Notes: a model not told the origin generated them from the letters alone. DNA of 35,922 nucleotides from Anaerolineae bacterium (GCA_029262755.1 JAJCYU010000306.1:1-35922), one strand, 5' to 3'. Counted from the stretch's first letter, positions 1-9,817 are shown. Made by a program: numbers and translations.

Positions 1-952
1 TGGACGCATCGTCCAGGTCCGCGTGCGGGCCGGCGCTCCAACGCGCGTCGAGCGCGACGCGGCCTTGGATTGCGGCCCACGTCGAGGTGGCCACCACGGC
101 CATGCCGCTGGACACCGGCCGCACGTCGATGACGCCGGGCACGGCGCGGGCCGCCGTCTCGTCGTAGTCCTCCAGCCGCGCGTCGAAGGCGGGCGGGCGC
201 GCCACAACCGCAAAGCGCATGCCGGGCAGGCGCACGTCCATGCCGAAGGTCGCGCTGCCGCGCACCACATCGGGGTTGTCGACGCGCGCCTTAGACTGCC
301 CGATGATGGTCCATTCCGAGCGCGGTTTGAGGCGGATGGACGAGGTTGCCGGAATCGGCAGCTGAGACGCCTCCTCGGCCAACGCGCCGTAGCCGAGCGA
401 GCGCCCGCTGGCCGCGTGGCGCACAACGCCGAGTGCGGCAGTGCATGCGCCGGCGTCCACGCCCCAGCGCGCGGCCGCCGCGGCGACGAGCATCGTACGC
501 GCCGTCGCGCCCGCGGTGCGCAGCGGCTCCCACGTCTGGCGCACGCTGCCGCTGCCCGAGGACGTCTGGCCACCATATTGATCGCCCGCCGGCGCCTGCT
601 CGACGCGCACGTCTTCCCAGTCGACCTCGAGCTCCTCCGCCACAAGCATGGCAAGCGAAGTGCGCACGCCCTGCCCGATCTCCGGCTTGGGCACGATGAC
701 CGTGCACACGCCCGCCGGATCCACGCGCACGAAGGTACCGAGCGCGTCGCCCGCCTGCTGGAGCGCGGACTCGGTGGCCGCGACGGCTCCGTCGCCCGGA
801 CGCCCGATGCGCCACGTTGCGGGCTCGAGACGCGAAAGCAGGACGCCGACTTGCAGCCCCGCGGCGCCGGCGAGGAAGCGCCGGCGCGTGAGGGGGCGCG
901 GCTCGATCGGGTGCGTCGCCGACGTGTGTTGCTGGTTCGGATCCATAGACAT
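1..952 (-). CDS. Xanthine dehydrogenase-family molybdopterin-binding subunit (IorB / isoquinoline 1-oxidoreductase beta-like), Tat-exported; 3' end lies beyond the window start
   Basis: Not in the ORF track because it is open at the edge. My minus-strand translation from ATG 952 (RBS GGGAGG) gives MSMDPNQ...LTRRRFLAGAAG (twin-arginine signal), FVRVDPAGVCTVIVPKPEIGQGVRTSLAMLVAEELEVDW, GQTSSGSGSVR and GSATFGMDVRLPGM, all typical IorB-family motifs. Confidence 0.9.
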   Translation of the reverse strand, partial: MSMDPNQQHTSATHPIEPRPLTRRRFLAGAAGLQVGVLLSRLEPATWRIGRPGDGAVAATESALQQAGDALGTFVRVDPAGVCTVIVPKPEIGQGVRTSLAMLVAEELEVDWEDVRVEQAPAGDQYGGQTSSGSGSVRQTWEPLRTAGATARTMLVAAAAARWGVDAGACTAALGVVRHAASGRSLGYGALAEEASQLPIPATSSIRLKPRSEWTIIGQSKARVDNPDVVRGSATFGMDVRLPGMRFAVVARPPAFDARLEDYDETAARAVPGVIDVRPVSSGMAVVATSTWAAIQGRVALDARWSAGPHADLDDAS

Positions 953-1037
953 GGTTGGCCTCCCGCGGGCTCGCGATGCCTGTCCCATGTCGTTCGCGGG
1001 TCTTGAGGTCACGCGCGAACGCTAAGAGCCCGCGCCC

Positions 1038-3077
1038 CTACTCCCGAATCACCCGCGGCAAATGGATCGCGAAGTCATCCGTACCCGGTGGCTCGTCCGT
1101 CGGCGGCAAGTTCGTCGGTGGGGCCGGTGTGGCCGTCGGCTCGTCGGGCGCCTCCGTTGCTTCGCGCGTCGGCGTGGGATCGCCCGGATCGCCGGGCTCG
1201 CTCGGCTCCGCCACGAGCGCGCTCTCGCCGTAGGTCATCGATAGGTAGCGGTTGCGGCCGACCTGCTCAGCGTCGAAGGTCTGTTCCGTACCGTCCGGCC
1301 AGCGGACGCGCAGCGTGAAGTCGCAGCCTAGGTCGCCCAGACCGAAGTGCAGCGTGCGGGTGTCCATCGAGTTGTACATGCCGCGGCTGGACGTGACCTC
1401 GCGGGTCAGTGTTCGGTCCGTGAACTCCAGTGCGGCGCGTGCGCCGATGGCGTCGCGGTTGATGGTGTCACCGTCGCCGTGTAGGCGCAGCGCGAGCCAG
1501 TCGTTTTGGCTGCCGATCTCGTTTTGGAAGAGGAAGTTGGGACGGCCGGTCTTGCCGCCCGTGCGCCCGCCGACCAGCAGGTCGACGTCGCCGTCGTGAT
1601 CGACGTCGGACCACACGTGGTTCTGGGCGGCCTTCATGCGGTTGAGCTCGGGCGGATCGTTGGTCTGGTCGTTGATGCCGCTGACGAGGCCGACGCTCTC
1701 GAAGGTGCCGTCTGGTTGTTGGTGCATCAGACCGAACCAGGACTTCTGCTGCGGATCCGTGTAGTTCGGCTCGTACTTCCTGTCGCGCGACATGGAGAGG
1801 TCCACGTAGCCGTCGTTGTCGAAGTCGACCGCGCCGCCGTCGACATCGCCCTCGTTGAAGGGCAGGCCGGCGTCCAGCCAGACGTTCTCCAGCGGCGGCG
1901 ATGCGTCCGCGCCGCGGTTGAGCAGGAGCACGGAGGGGTCGGACCACTTGCGGTTGTAGTCGGTGTCCACCGGGTGCGAGATGTTGGTCTGGTAGATGTC
2001 CATCCGGCCGTCGTTGTTGATGTCTGTACACACGTGACCAAAACCGTTGCCCGCCACCTGATCTGCCGGCGACACGCCTTCCGGGTTGCGGCCGAAGCCG
2101 GTCGTGGAGAGGAAGTAGTTGCCCGTCGCCAGGCTCTCCCAGCCCCAAGCGCGCGCCGTGTTTTCGAAATTGCCGGCGCCGTCGTTCTCCCAGAGCACGT
2201 TGTGGCCGTGCTCGACGCTCACGCCGTATACGCTGACCACGATGTCCGTGTCGCCATCGCCGTCGATATCGCAGGTTGTGGAGCCGTTCGAAGCGCGCTG
2301 GGGGCCGTTGGGGAGCCGTTCCTGGGCCGCGACGAAGGTGCCGTCGCCGCCGCCCATGAAGAGCTGGTCGGGCAGCCCGGCGATCGTGTGTCCGTTGCCC
2401 AGGAATAAGTCCAGGTTGGCGTCGCCGTCCACGTCGAGGAAGACCGCGTTGCCCGTGGCGTGAATGATGTTGCCGTTTTGATCGCGGAAGGGGATGTTCA
2501 CGCCCGCGTTGGGCAGCTCGGTGAAGTGCCCCTCGCCGTCATTGAGCAGGATGCGATGGCGGTTCGTCGCCTGCGGGATCGGGTAGTCGAGGCCGGCGAA
2601 TACGTCCTGGTCGCCGTCGTTGTCGATGTCGCCGAAGAGGAAGAAGCCGGCCTGGACGTCGCGCAGACCGCTGGATTCGGCCACGTCTTCGTACGTGCCG
2701 TCCCCTTTGTTGCGCAGGACAACGTGGGTGTAGGGCAACCCGGCATTGGGGTTCGGATAGAGATCGTGCGCCACGATGTCGTCCCAGCCGTCCCCGTCCA
2801 GGTCCGCGAAGGCCAGCCGGCTGTGGTCGTTGATTACGATGTTGGCCGGCGGCTCGGGCGCGAAGTTGCCGGCGCGGATGCCGCTCGCGTCGGACACGTC
2901 CGTGAAGAAGCCCTCGCCCAGCGGCGTGATCACGCGGCGGGGGCACTCGGCCGGCTGCGCGACGGCCAGTGGCGGCGCCGGCTCATGGACGATGGCCGCG
3001 GATGCGCCGATCGACACGAACGCCAACGCGACCAGAACGCGCGTCGCACGCGGGTGCCATCGATGGGGCGAGGTCAT
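1038..3077 (-). CDS. Secreted CRTAC1-family protein (FG-GAP/VCBS repeats + ASPIC/UnbV domain) with Pro/Thr linker and C-terminal AIHLP tail
   Basis: Start re-called at ATG 3077 (AAGGAGG RBS), followed by a signal peptide. Repeated D-x-D-G/N-D-G-x-x-D motifs; ASPIC/UnbV motif NRDAIGAR...LHFGLG...VRWPDG; ends EPTATPAPPT...FAIHLPRVIRE. Confidence 0.88.
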   Translation of the reverse strand: MTSPHRWHPRATRVLVALAFVSIGASAAIVHEPAPPLAVAQPAECPRRVITPLGEGFFTDVSDASGIRAGNFAPEPPANIVINDHSRLAFADLDGDGWDDIVAHDLYPNPNAGLPYTHVVLRNKGDGTYEDVAESSGLRDVQAGFFLFGDIDNDGDQDVFAGLDYPIPQATNRHRILLNDGEGHFTELPNAGVNIPFRDQNGNIIHATGNAVFLDVDGDANLDLFLGNGHTIAGLPDQLFMGGGDGTFVAAQERLPNGPQRASNGSTTCDIDGDGDTDIVVSVYGVSVEHGHNVLWENDGAGNFENTARAWGWESLATGNYFLSTTGFGRNPEGVSPADQVAGNGFGHVCTDINNDGRMDIYQTNISHPVDTDYNRKWSDPSVLLLNRGADASPPLENVWLDAGLPFNEGDVDGGAVDFDNDGYVDLSMSRDRKYEPNYTDPQQKSWFGLMHQQPDGTFESVGLVSGINDQTNDPPELNRMKAAQNHVWSDVDHDGDVDLLVGGRTGGKTGRPNFLFQNEIGSQNDWLALRLHGDGDTINRDAIGARAALEFTDRTLTREVTSSRGMYNSMDTRTLHFGLGDLGCDFTLRVRWPDGTEQTFDAEQVGRNRYLSMTYGESALVAEPSEPGDPGDPTPTREATEAPDEPTATPAPPTNLPPTDEPPGTDDFAIHLPRVIRE

Positions 3078-3291
3078 GGGGCCATCCTCCTTGGGGACCG
3101 GAGTGGGGAGTTGCAATCGGCGCCGTCCGGACTCGGCGCTCGGGACTATGGAACGCACGGCGACGCGGCGCAAGGTCGGCGGGGCAACAGGGTGACTGCG
3201 GCAACAGGGTGGCTGCGCAAAGCTCGCTGGAACAGGAACGGTCGCTCCCCCTACTCGTAGCCGTCCACTTCGACATTCGCACCCGCCGTGC

Positions 3292-5130
3292 CTACGGCCA
3301 ACCGCGGCTCCAGTCGTGCCGCCCGGTCGGGCACGGCACGATCGTGGCGATCCGCTGGTAGATCGCCGCCAGGTCTTCGGCACGCGGCGCACCGAAGTAG
3401 CGGGCGACGCCGCCGGCCACGCGGCGGAGCAAGGCGGGGTCCACGTCCTCGCCGAGACCGACGGCGAAGACCGTGACGCCCGCGTCTCGCGCGCGCTCGC
3501 CCTCGCGCGTCACGTCGGACGCGAGGCCGCGGGTGGGGCGGCCGTCGGTCAGCACGATCAGGCTCGCCGTGTTGTCCGTGCGGCGTCGCGTGCTACGCAG
3601 CTCCGCGAGGCCCACGCGCAGGCCGGCCGCGATGTCCGTGCCCTCCCCGTGCGGCAACGCGTCGACGACGCGGCGCGCGTCTTCGCGGTCCTCGCCGAGC
3701 GGGCGCAACAGCCGCGCATCGGCGTCGAAGACGACGATGGCCACCTGGTCGCGCCTGCCGCCTGCCACATCGAGGAAGGCGCGCGCCGCCATCCGCGCGG
3801 CGCGATGCTTCGTCATGCCGCCGGGTCGCGTCGGGACGTCCATGCTGCTGGATATGTCGAGCACGAGCACCACGTCGGCGGAACGGCGCGTGGGATCGCA
3901 GTGTTCGCGCAACAGCACCGGGAGGTAGATGGCGCCGGGCGTCGGCGTCGGGCTTGGGACCGCCGTCGCGGTCGGGGTCGCGGTTGGAGTGGCCGTGGGC
4001 GGGACGTCGGGCGTCGGTGTGGCGGTGGCGATCTCGCGCGGCGCGAGCACGAGCACGCGCGGCACCGGAAAGAGCGCGGCGCCGATGCGCTCCGCGTCAT
4101 CGCGATACGTGGCCTCCGCCTCGACGTTCGTCGGCCACAGCCCGACATCCTGCGGCGCGACGCGGTACGTGAGGGTCACACCCACTGTCGGAATGGCGTC
4201 CGCGTCCCACTCCCAGCGCAGCACCCGCAACGCACCGGTATCGTCGATCTCGTCGGGCGGTGGGTCGGCGGAGCCTGCAACGTAGGTCATGTTCGCAGGC
4301 AGCGTGTCGTCGATGCGCAGGGCGACCAGCTCCACCGCGAGGAGCTGGTCGGCGATCTCTTGAAACGTTGCGGTGAGCCGTCCCGCGTTGCGGACATTGA
4401 AGTAGTACTGACGCTCGCTGGCCAGGGAACGCATCAGGGCAGGGTCGCAGTCGGTGCCCACGCAGATCGTGAAGACGTGGACGCCCTGGCTCTTGAGCTG
4501 GTTGGCCTCGGACCGCCCGTGTCGATCGCGCGGGAAGGGCTTGCCGTCCGAGAGCAGGATCACGACCTCGACGGGTGTCGGCTCGCCCGCGGCAGGCGGG
4601 TGGGCGCGGCGTTCCTTTTGGAGCAGCCGCAGGGATTCGGCCAACCCGCCCTCGATGTCCGTGCCGAACACGAAGCCGAGGTCGTTGATGGCGCCGATGA
4701 CGCGCGCCCGATTGTCCGTGATCTCGTGCATGACGTAGCCACGATCCGAGAACGCGACCACGCCGACCTTGCTGTACGAGAAGTCGATGCGCTGAACGAA
4801 GTCGCGTGCGGCCGTTTGGGCATCGCGCAGCTTGTTGTTGTTGCGCATCGAGTTCGAGGAGTCCAGAGCCAGCACGATGCGCAGCGGCACCCGCGCTTCA
4901 GGACACTCCGTCGTGGTCGTGAGGGTCACCGTGACCTGCTCCCCGAGCAGGATCACGCCCGGCGCGGCCCACTTGTTGGGCACCAGCTCGCACGGCGTCC
5001 GCTCGGGCTCGTCCTGGGCGCGCGAGGTGTCGGGACGCGCGGCGAAGATCGTCACGGTCACGACTGCGAGAAGTAGGAGCCAGGGCGGAAAGGCCGGGCG
5101 GATGTTCGGTGCTTCGCGTGCAAGGGCCAT
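3292..5130 (-). CDS. Secreted double-VWA-domain protein with DUF11/Ig-like segment
   Basis: Start ATG 5130 (GGAG RBS), signal peptide. Two intact MIDAS sets (DSSNS...T...LSDG; DISSS...T...LTDG), an IDDTLPANMTYV segment, a PT linker and internal GAIYLPVLLRE. Confidence 0.9.
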   Translation of the reverse strand: MALAREAPNIRPAFPPWLLLLAVVTVTIFAARPDTSRAQDEPERTPCELVPNKWAAPGVILLGEQVTVTLTTTTECPEARVPLRIVLALDSSNSMRNNNKLRDAQTAARDFVQRIDFSYSKVGVVAFSDRGYVMHEITDNRARVIGAINDLGFVFGTDIEGGLAESLRLLQKERRAHPPAAGEPTPVEVVILLSDGKPFPRDRHGRSEANQLKSQGVHVFTICVGTDCDPALMRSLASERQYYFNVRNAGRLTATFQEIADQLLAVELVALRIDDTLPANMTYVAGSADPPPDEIDDTGALRVLRWEWDADAIPTVGVTLTYRVAPQDVGLWPTNVEAEATYRDDAERIGAALFPVPRVLVLAPREIATATPTPDVPPTATPTATPTATAVPSPTPTPGAIYLPVLLREHCDPTRRSADVVLVLDISSSMDVPTRPGGMTKHRAARMAARAFLDVAGGRRDQVAIVVFDADARLLRPLGEDREDARRVVDALPHGEGTDIAAGLRVGLAELRSTRRRTDNTASLIVLTDGRPTRGLASDVTREGERARDAGVTVFAVGLGEDVDPALLRRVAGGVARYFGAPRAEDLAAIYQRIATIVPCPTGRHDWSRGWP

Positions 5131-5423
5131 GGGGGACTCCGTCTCATGAACACGTCGAATCGAGCCCGGCCAGCGTATCCCACTCCCTACGTTGCCGCGA
5201 GTGCAGGATGCGCTCGCGTGAAGTAGAGGCCCCTGCGAACGCCGGAACCCCGGGCGGAGGCGTCGAGTAGGCGCGAGTACACGTGTTACCCTTGGTGGGT
5301 GGGCACGCCATCGCGGCGGAGATCGGCACGTCGCCAAGCATCGCCGCCAAAACACCGCCGCGCGAAGCGCCAAGGACCCGCGGCCACGCGACGTGGCGCC
5401 ATCCCCATCACGAGGTCTCCCCC

Positions 5424-8400
5424 ATGCGCCGTCTTCCCGCCCAGATTCGATGCGCGATCATCGTGTCCGCCCTGCTCGCGATTGCCCGCGCACCGGCCGC
5501 CCGTGCCGACCGCGTGCTCGAGCAAGGCGCGGCGCTGCCCTCCGCGCAGCCGGCCCTCGCGATCACGGTCGTGGGCGACCTCGCGTACATCCCAGCCCAC
5601 GCGCGCGGTGTCCACATCGTCGACATCGGCGACACCGCGGCGCCGCGCCTACTTTCCACCACCCCGACGCTTGGTGCGGCCTATGACGTCGCCGTTTCGG
5701 ACGATGGGCTGCTCTACGTGGCCGCATGGTCGGCCGGACTCGAGATATTCGACGTCCGCGACCCAGCGAAGCCCGTACGACTCGGCGGCGCACCGACCCG
5801 CGCCAACGCGCACGCGGTCGCGTTGCTCGCCGACAGGGACGATGGGCCCTACGTGGTCACGGGCGACTGGGCCGCCGCGGTCTTCGACGCGGGCGATCCC
5901 GAGCACGGGCTGCTCGTGTTCGACGCCTCCGACCCTGTCTCTCCGGTCCAGGTTGGCCGGCTGGACACGCCGGGCTGGGCGGGAGAAATCGCGGTGCGCG
6001 GCAACCGGCTCTACGTGGCGGATGCAACGGGCGGCGTGCGCATCGTTGACGCGAGCGATCCGCGCGCCCTGCGCGAGATCGGGTCGGCGCCCACGGACGT
6101 GCGCGCCTACGGCATCGATCTCGACGGCGAGCACCAGCGCGCGTTGGTGGCCGACAACGAGGGCGGGCTGATCGTCCTCGACATCGCGGACCCATCCAAC
6201 ATCCGCCGGCTCGGGGCGATGACGACGGGTCAGGCCGTGTACGGCGTCGCGTGGGACGCGGGACTCCATGCCGCGTGGCTTGCGACGGCGGCCGGCGGCG
6301 GCCCCGCCGACCCTGGCAGCGTCGTGCTCGCCGCGCTCGATGACTCGGGCGTCCCGAGCGAGCAGGCGCGGCTTCCGACGGCCCAACGCGCCTGGGGTAT
6401 CGCGGCGGATGGCGCGGGCGGCGCATGGGTCGCGGCCACCGGGCTCGGCCTGCTCGGCGTACGTGCGAGGGCGGACGGAACCGGCGAGCCCACGGCGACT
6501 GGGGTCGCGACGGGGCAAGCGACGGGGATGGCGACATCGCCGTCGACAGCGACAGCGACGCCTACGTCGACGCCCACGACCGGCGGCTCGACCGCCACGC
6601 CCTCTTCCACGCCCACGATTCGGCCCTCCGCCTCGCCGCCCGCCACGCCAATTCCTGGACCCGAACCCCTGCCCGTGCCGATCCATCTGCCGCTGGCGAT
6701 GCGCGGCGAGCGACCGCTCGCGCATCCGCGTCCCGCCCCAACGCGGGACGCAACCCGCCCAGACCCGACGCCGCGAATCGCCACAGCCACCGTCACGTTG
6801 GCGGCGACGCCCGTGGTGGAGGAGAGCGACGCTCTCTTCGCGCGCGACGCTCTGCGTGACGTGCGCATCACGTTGCCGGCCGATGACTGGGAGCGGCTGC
6901 GCCACGAGACGCGCACCATGCGCGACATCTTCGGCGCGGAAGAATGTGCGACCGCACCGGTAGAGCACCCCTACACCTGGTACACGGCGACGGTCTCGGT
7001 GGACGGGCTTCGCCTTTCGAACGTCGCGGTGCGCAAGAAGGGCTTCCTCGGCTCCGTGGTTGCCGACAAACCGTCGCTCAAGATCAAGTTCGACCGGGAC
7101 CTGCCGGCGCAGCGCATGTTCGGCATGCGGCGCATGACGCTCAACAACGCCAACGTGGACCCGGGCCTCGTGCGTCAATGCCTCGTCTACGATCTCTTTC
7201 GGGCGGCAGGCGTCGTCGCGCCGCGCTGCAACTTTGCTTCCGTGCGGGTCAACGGCAGGTCCTACGGCGTGTACGTCCATCTGGAGAGCATCAAGAAGCC
7301 CTTCCTCGCCCGCCACTTCTCGGACGACGGCGGCACCCTGTACGAAGGCACGCGCGCCGACTTCCGCGCGGATTGGGCCGTCAGCTTCGAGCAGAAGACG
7401 AACGCCGAACGCGACGACCGGGCCGACATCGCCGCGCTGGTAGCCGCCCTGGACGCGCCGGACGTCGAGCTCATGGCCCGGCTTGAACCGTTGGTGGATC
7501 TCGAATCGTTCTACCGATTCTGGGCGATGGAGGCGCTGGTCGGACATTGGGACGCCTACGCCAACAACCGCAACAACTATTACGTCTACCAGGACCCGGA
7601 AAGCGAGCGCTTCCACTTCATCCCGTGGGGCGTCGACGGCAGCCTGCGCCGGCATGAGATCAGCGGGCAGGGCAGCCCTGCGTCGGTCAGCGCGCGGGCT
7701 CATCTGGCGCGGCGCCTGTACCTTCATCCCCAAGGGCGGGCACGCTATGTGGCAACCATGGAGTTGCTGCTGGCGGAAGTGTGGGACGAGGACGCTTTGA
7801 TCGCGTCGATCAACCGGATGGCGGCGCTCGTGCAATCCGGCGTGCCGGCCGGGCAGCGGGAGGCGCATTCGACGGACCTGGTCGTGCTGCGCACGTTCGT
7901 CCGCGCACGGCGCGCGCGCATCGTACGTGAACTGCGCCGCGGCGGGGCCGACTGGGACGATCCGCCTTCGATCGCGCCCTGTCGTTGGTCGATCGGCACC
8001 TTGCAGGCGACGTTCGCGGCTGTGTACGGCGGCGCTTCGGGGCGCAATATCAGCCTCACCTTCACCGACCTGGACGGCGTGGAAACCCCGCTCGAAGACG
8101 TGGGAATCGCCGCGACGGACGGAGCGTTTCGCACGTGGCCGCGCTACCCAACGTTGGTGATCAACGGGGCATTCAGCCGCGACACGGAGTTTTTCGCGCG
8201 CGGCCGGCGTATGCAACTCTTTGTCTTTGTGGCGCGTGAGCGCTTCGGTCCCGGTTCGGTGGCGCTCGACGGGGACACCGCGTTCGGCTGGGCATACCGC
8301 CAACCATCGGATCCGCGCTGGATCTTTCCCGCGTTGCTGTGGGATGGCGCGCTGACGCTCGACGCCGCGAGCGCGGTACCGGGCGCCCCCGTGAACGGCA

Positions 8401-8450
8401 CGTTCACCACCGACGTATGGTTGTGGCGCAAGGGGCTGGACGAGACGTAG
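5424..8450 (+). CDS. Secreted LVIVD-repeat (beta-propeller) + CotH-family kinase fusion
   Basis: Start ATG 5424 (GAGG RBS), signal peptide. LVIVD-type repeats (GLEIFDVRDPAKP, GVRIVDASDP, GLIVLDIADP), a Thr/Pro linker, then CotH motifs VRKKG, KPSLKIKFD, LNN, HWDAY..NRNNYY and IPWGVD. Confidence 0.85.
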   Translation: MRRLPAQIRCAIIVSALLAIARAPAARADRVLEQGAALPSAQPALAITVVGDLAYIPAHARGVHIVDIGDTAAPRLLSTTPTLGAAYDVAVSDDGLLYVAAWSAGLEIFDVRDPAKPVRLGGAPTRANAHAVALLADRDDGPYVVTGDWAAAVFDAGDPEHGLLVFDASDPVSPVQVGRLDTPGWAGEIAVRGNRLYVADATGGVRIVDASDPRALREIGSAPTDVRAYGIDLDGEHQRALVADNEGGLIVLDIADPSNIRRLGAMTTGQAVYGVAWDAGLHAAWLATAAGGGPADPGSVVLAALDDSGVPSEQARLPTAQRAWGIAADGAGGAWVAATGLGLLGVRARADGTGEPTATGVATGQATGMATSPSTATATPTSTPTTGGSTATPSSTPTIRPSASPPATPIPGPEPLPVPIHLPLAMRGERPLAHPRPAPTRDATRPDPTPRIATATVTLAATPVVEESDALFARDALRDVRITLPADDWERLRHETRTMRDIFGAEECATAPVEHPYTWYTATVSVDGLRLSNVAVRKKGFLGSVVADKPSLKIKFDRDLPAQRMFGMRRMTLNNANVDPGLVRQCLVYDLFRAAGVVAPRCNFASVRVNGRSYGVYVHLESIKKPFLARHFSDDGGTLYEGTRADFRADWAVSFEQKTNAERDDRADIAALVAALDAPDVELMARLEPLVDLESFYRFWAMEALVGHWDAYANNRNNYYVYQDPESERFHFIPWGVDGSLRRHEISGQGSPASVSARAHLARRLYLHPQGRARYVATMELLLAEVWDEDALIASINRMAALVQSGVPAGQREAHSTDLVVLRTFVRARRARIVRELRRGGADWDDPPSIAPCRWSIGTLQATFAAVYGGASGRNISLTFTDLDGVETPLEDVGIAATDGAFRTWPRYPTLVINGAFSRDTEFFARGRRMQLFVFVARERFGPGSVALDGDTAFGWAYRQPSDPRWIFPALLWDGALTLDAASAVPGAPVNGTFTTDVWLWRKGLDET

Positions 8451-8521
8451 CGCCCAAAGCCCCGTTCCTGTACTGCGATCATCCCCGTCCACCCATATAC
8501 CCCGCATCGAGGAGAGCGCTC

Positions 8522-9229
8522 ATGCCGTCCCATCCCGTCGTTTCTCAGGACGAGTGGCTCGCCGCCCGGCGTGCCTTTCTCGTCAAGGAGAAGGAGTTCA
8601 CCCGCAAGCGGGACGCGTTCAACGCAGAGCGGCGAGCCTTGCCATGGGTGCGTGTCGAGAAGGACTACGTGTTCGAAACCGAAGACGGCCCGCGCTCGCT
8701 CGGCGAGCTCTTCGACGGTCGCAGCCAGCTGGTGGTGTACCACTTCATGCTCGGCCCAGACGAGGAGGAGGGCTGCCCCAGCTGCTCCTTCTGGGCGGAC
8801 AACTTCGAGGGAATCGACGTGCACTTGGCCCACCGCGACATCACGCTGACGGCGATTTCACGGGCCCCGCTGGCGACGATTGCCGCCTACAAGCAGCGGA
8901 TGGGGTGGACCTTCCCGTGGGCATCCGCGTTCGAAAGCGACTTCAACGTCGACTTCGACGTCTCCTTCCCGCCGAAAGCCAAACCCGCGGCAGGCTGGTC
9001 CTACAATTTTCGGCCGGCCGAAGGTGCAAGCGGCGAGGCGCCTGGCGTAAGCGTCTTCTACCGCGACGAGGACGGTGCCATCTACCGCACGTATTCCTGC
9101 TACTCGCGCGGCTTGGACGAACTCAACGGTGCCTACCACTACATCGACCTCGCCCCAAAGGGTAGGGACGAGGAAGGACTGCCGTGGATGCAAGCGTGGG
9201 TGCGAAGGCACGACCAGTACGAAGACTGA
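8522..9229 (+). CDS. DUF899 thioredoxin-like family protein
   Basis: Start ATG 8522 after AGGAG. Motifs EWLAARR.FL.KEKE.TR, LFDGRSQLVVYHFM, GCPSCSF and DLAPKGRDE. Confidence 0.92.
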   Translation: MPSHPVVSQDEWLAARRAFLVKEKEFTRKRDAFNAERRALPWVRVEKDYVFETEDGPRSLGELFDGRSQLVVYHFMLGPDEEEGCPSCSFWADNFEGIDVHLAHRDITLTAISRAPLATIAAYKQRMGWTFPWASAFESDFNVDFDVSFPPKAKPAAGWSYNFRPAEGASGEAPGVSVFYRDEDGAIYRTYSCYSRGLDELNGAYHYIDLAPKGRDEEGLPWMQAWVRRHDQYED

Positions 9230-9311
9230 GGGCGCGTACGATCCACGAGAGCGCAAGCGCGGCGCACGGGGGGCGCACCCGGGACGCACGTTGCGCGATC
9301 GTGGAATCGAC

Positions 9312-9353
9312 AAAGAAAGGACCCGCGTCACCGAGGGGGTGGTGACGCGGGTC
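9312..9353 (-). terminator. Rho-independent terminator for the 84-aa gene (possibly bidirectional)
   Basis: Perfect 13-bp stem GACCCGCGTCACC (9320-9332) / GGTGACGCGGGTC (9341-9353). On the minus strand it is followed by CTTTCTTT. It lies between convergent genes. Confidence 0.8.
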
Positions 9354-9414
9354 TTCGTGCTCAGGGTGTTATCTGTGGCGGGCGCGCGAGGAAAAGGCTA
9401 ACGGCCTCGCACGA

Positions 9415-9669
9415 TCAACGCCACTCCTTGAGCACGTTGTCGTAGGTCTTGCCCTTGCGGCTGTTGAGGTGGAACCGGGCGGCCATGATCTCGGCCTCGT
9501 CACGGGTCTCGAAGGTCTCGTTGTGGATGTTGCCGGTTGAACCGTCCGGATATTCCTCGCGCACGCCGAAGCGCACTTTGTCGTAGCCGAAGGCGTCTTT
9601 ATGCCGCGTCTCGTAGGCCTGCCAGCGCGGATCGTCGTTGGTGCGCGTTTGGTCTTCCACAGCATACAT
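9415..9669 (-). CDS. Small hypothetical protein (84 aa)
   Basis: GAGGAG RBS, GC3-biased codons, normal globular amino-acid composition and its own terminator. No family recognised. Confidence 0.75.
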   Translation of the reverse strand: MYAVEDQTRTNDDPRWQAYETRHKDAFGYDKVRFGVREEYPDGSTGNIHNETFETRDEAEIMAARFHLNSRKGKTYDNVLKEWR

Positions 9670-9804
9670 AAAAACAAGCTCCTCAAAGGGATTGCGGGCC
9701 GCTGATGAAAGAAGGGCCCGCCGAACGAAGGGGGGTGTGGCCGGAGAGCAAGAGGAGTGCCATCAAGGGAGCGGTCGTCGTCTGTGCTGTCGTCGCCGCT
9801 GTAC

Positions 9805-9817
9805 TAGAATGGCCGGC
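9805..9817 (+). promoter_or_regulatory. Putative -10 box for a leaderless transcript
   Basis: TAGAAT (9805-9810), then 7 nt, then ATG 9818. No Shine-Dalgarno. Confidence 0.5.

Noticed and set aside
23..1006. 327-aa plus-strand ORF
   Set aside because: Antisense shadow of the IorB-type gene; Arg/His/Ala-rich with no motifs.
5649..8507. 952-aa minus-strand ORF (and similar long ORFs at 3316-5076, 20407-21837, 29477-31345, 33802-35259)
   Set aside because: Stop-poor shadow frames expected at high GC. Each overlaps a gene with clear family motifs.
9242..9306. Imperfect long hairpin after DUF899 as a REP/ncRNA element
   Set aside because: Single copy in the window and no recognisable RNA family motif; such GC-rich pairing is common by chance.
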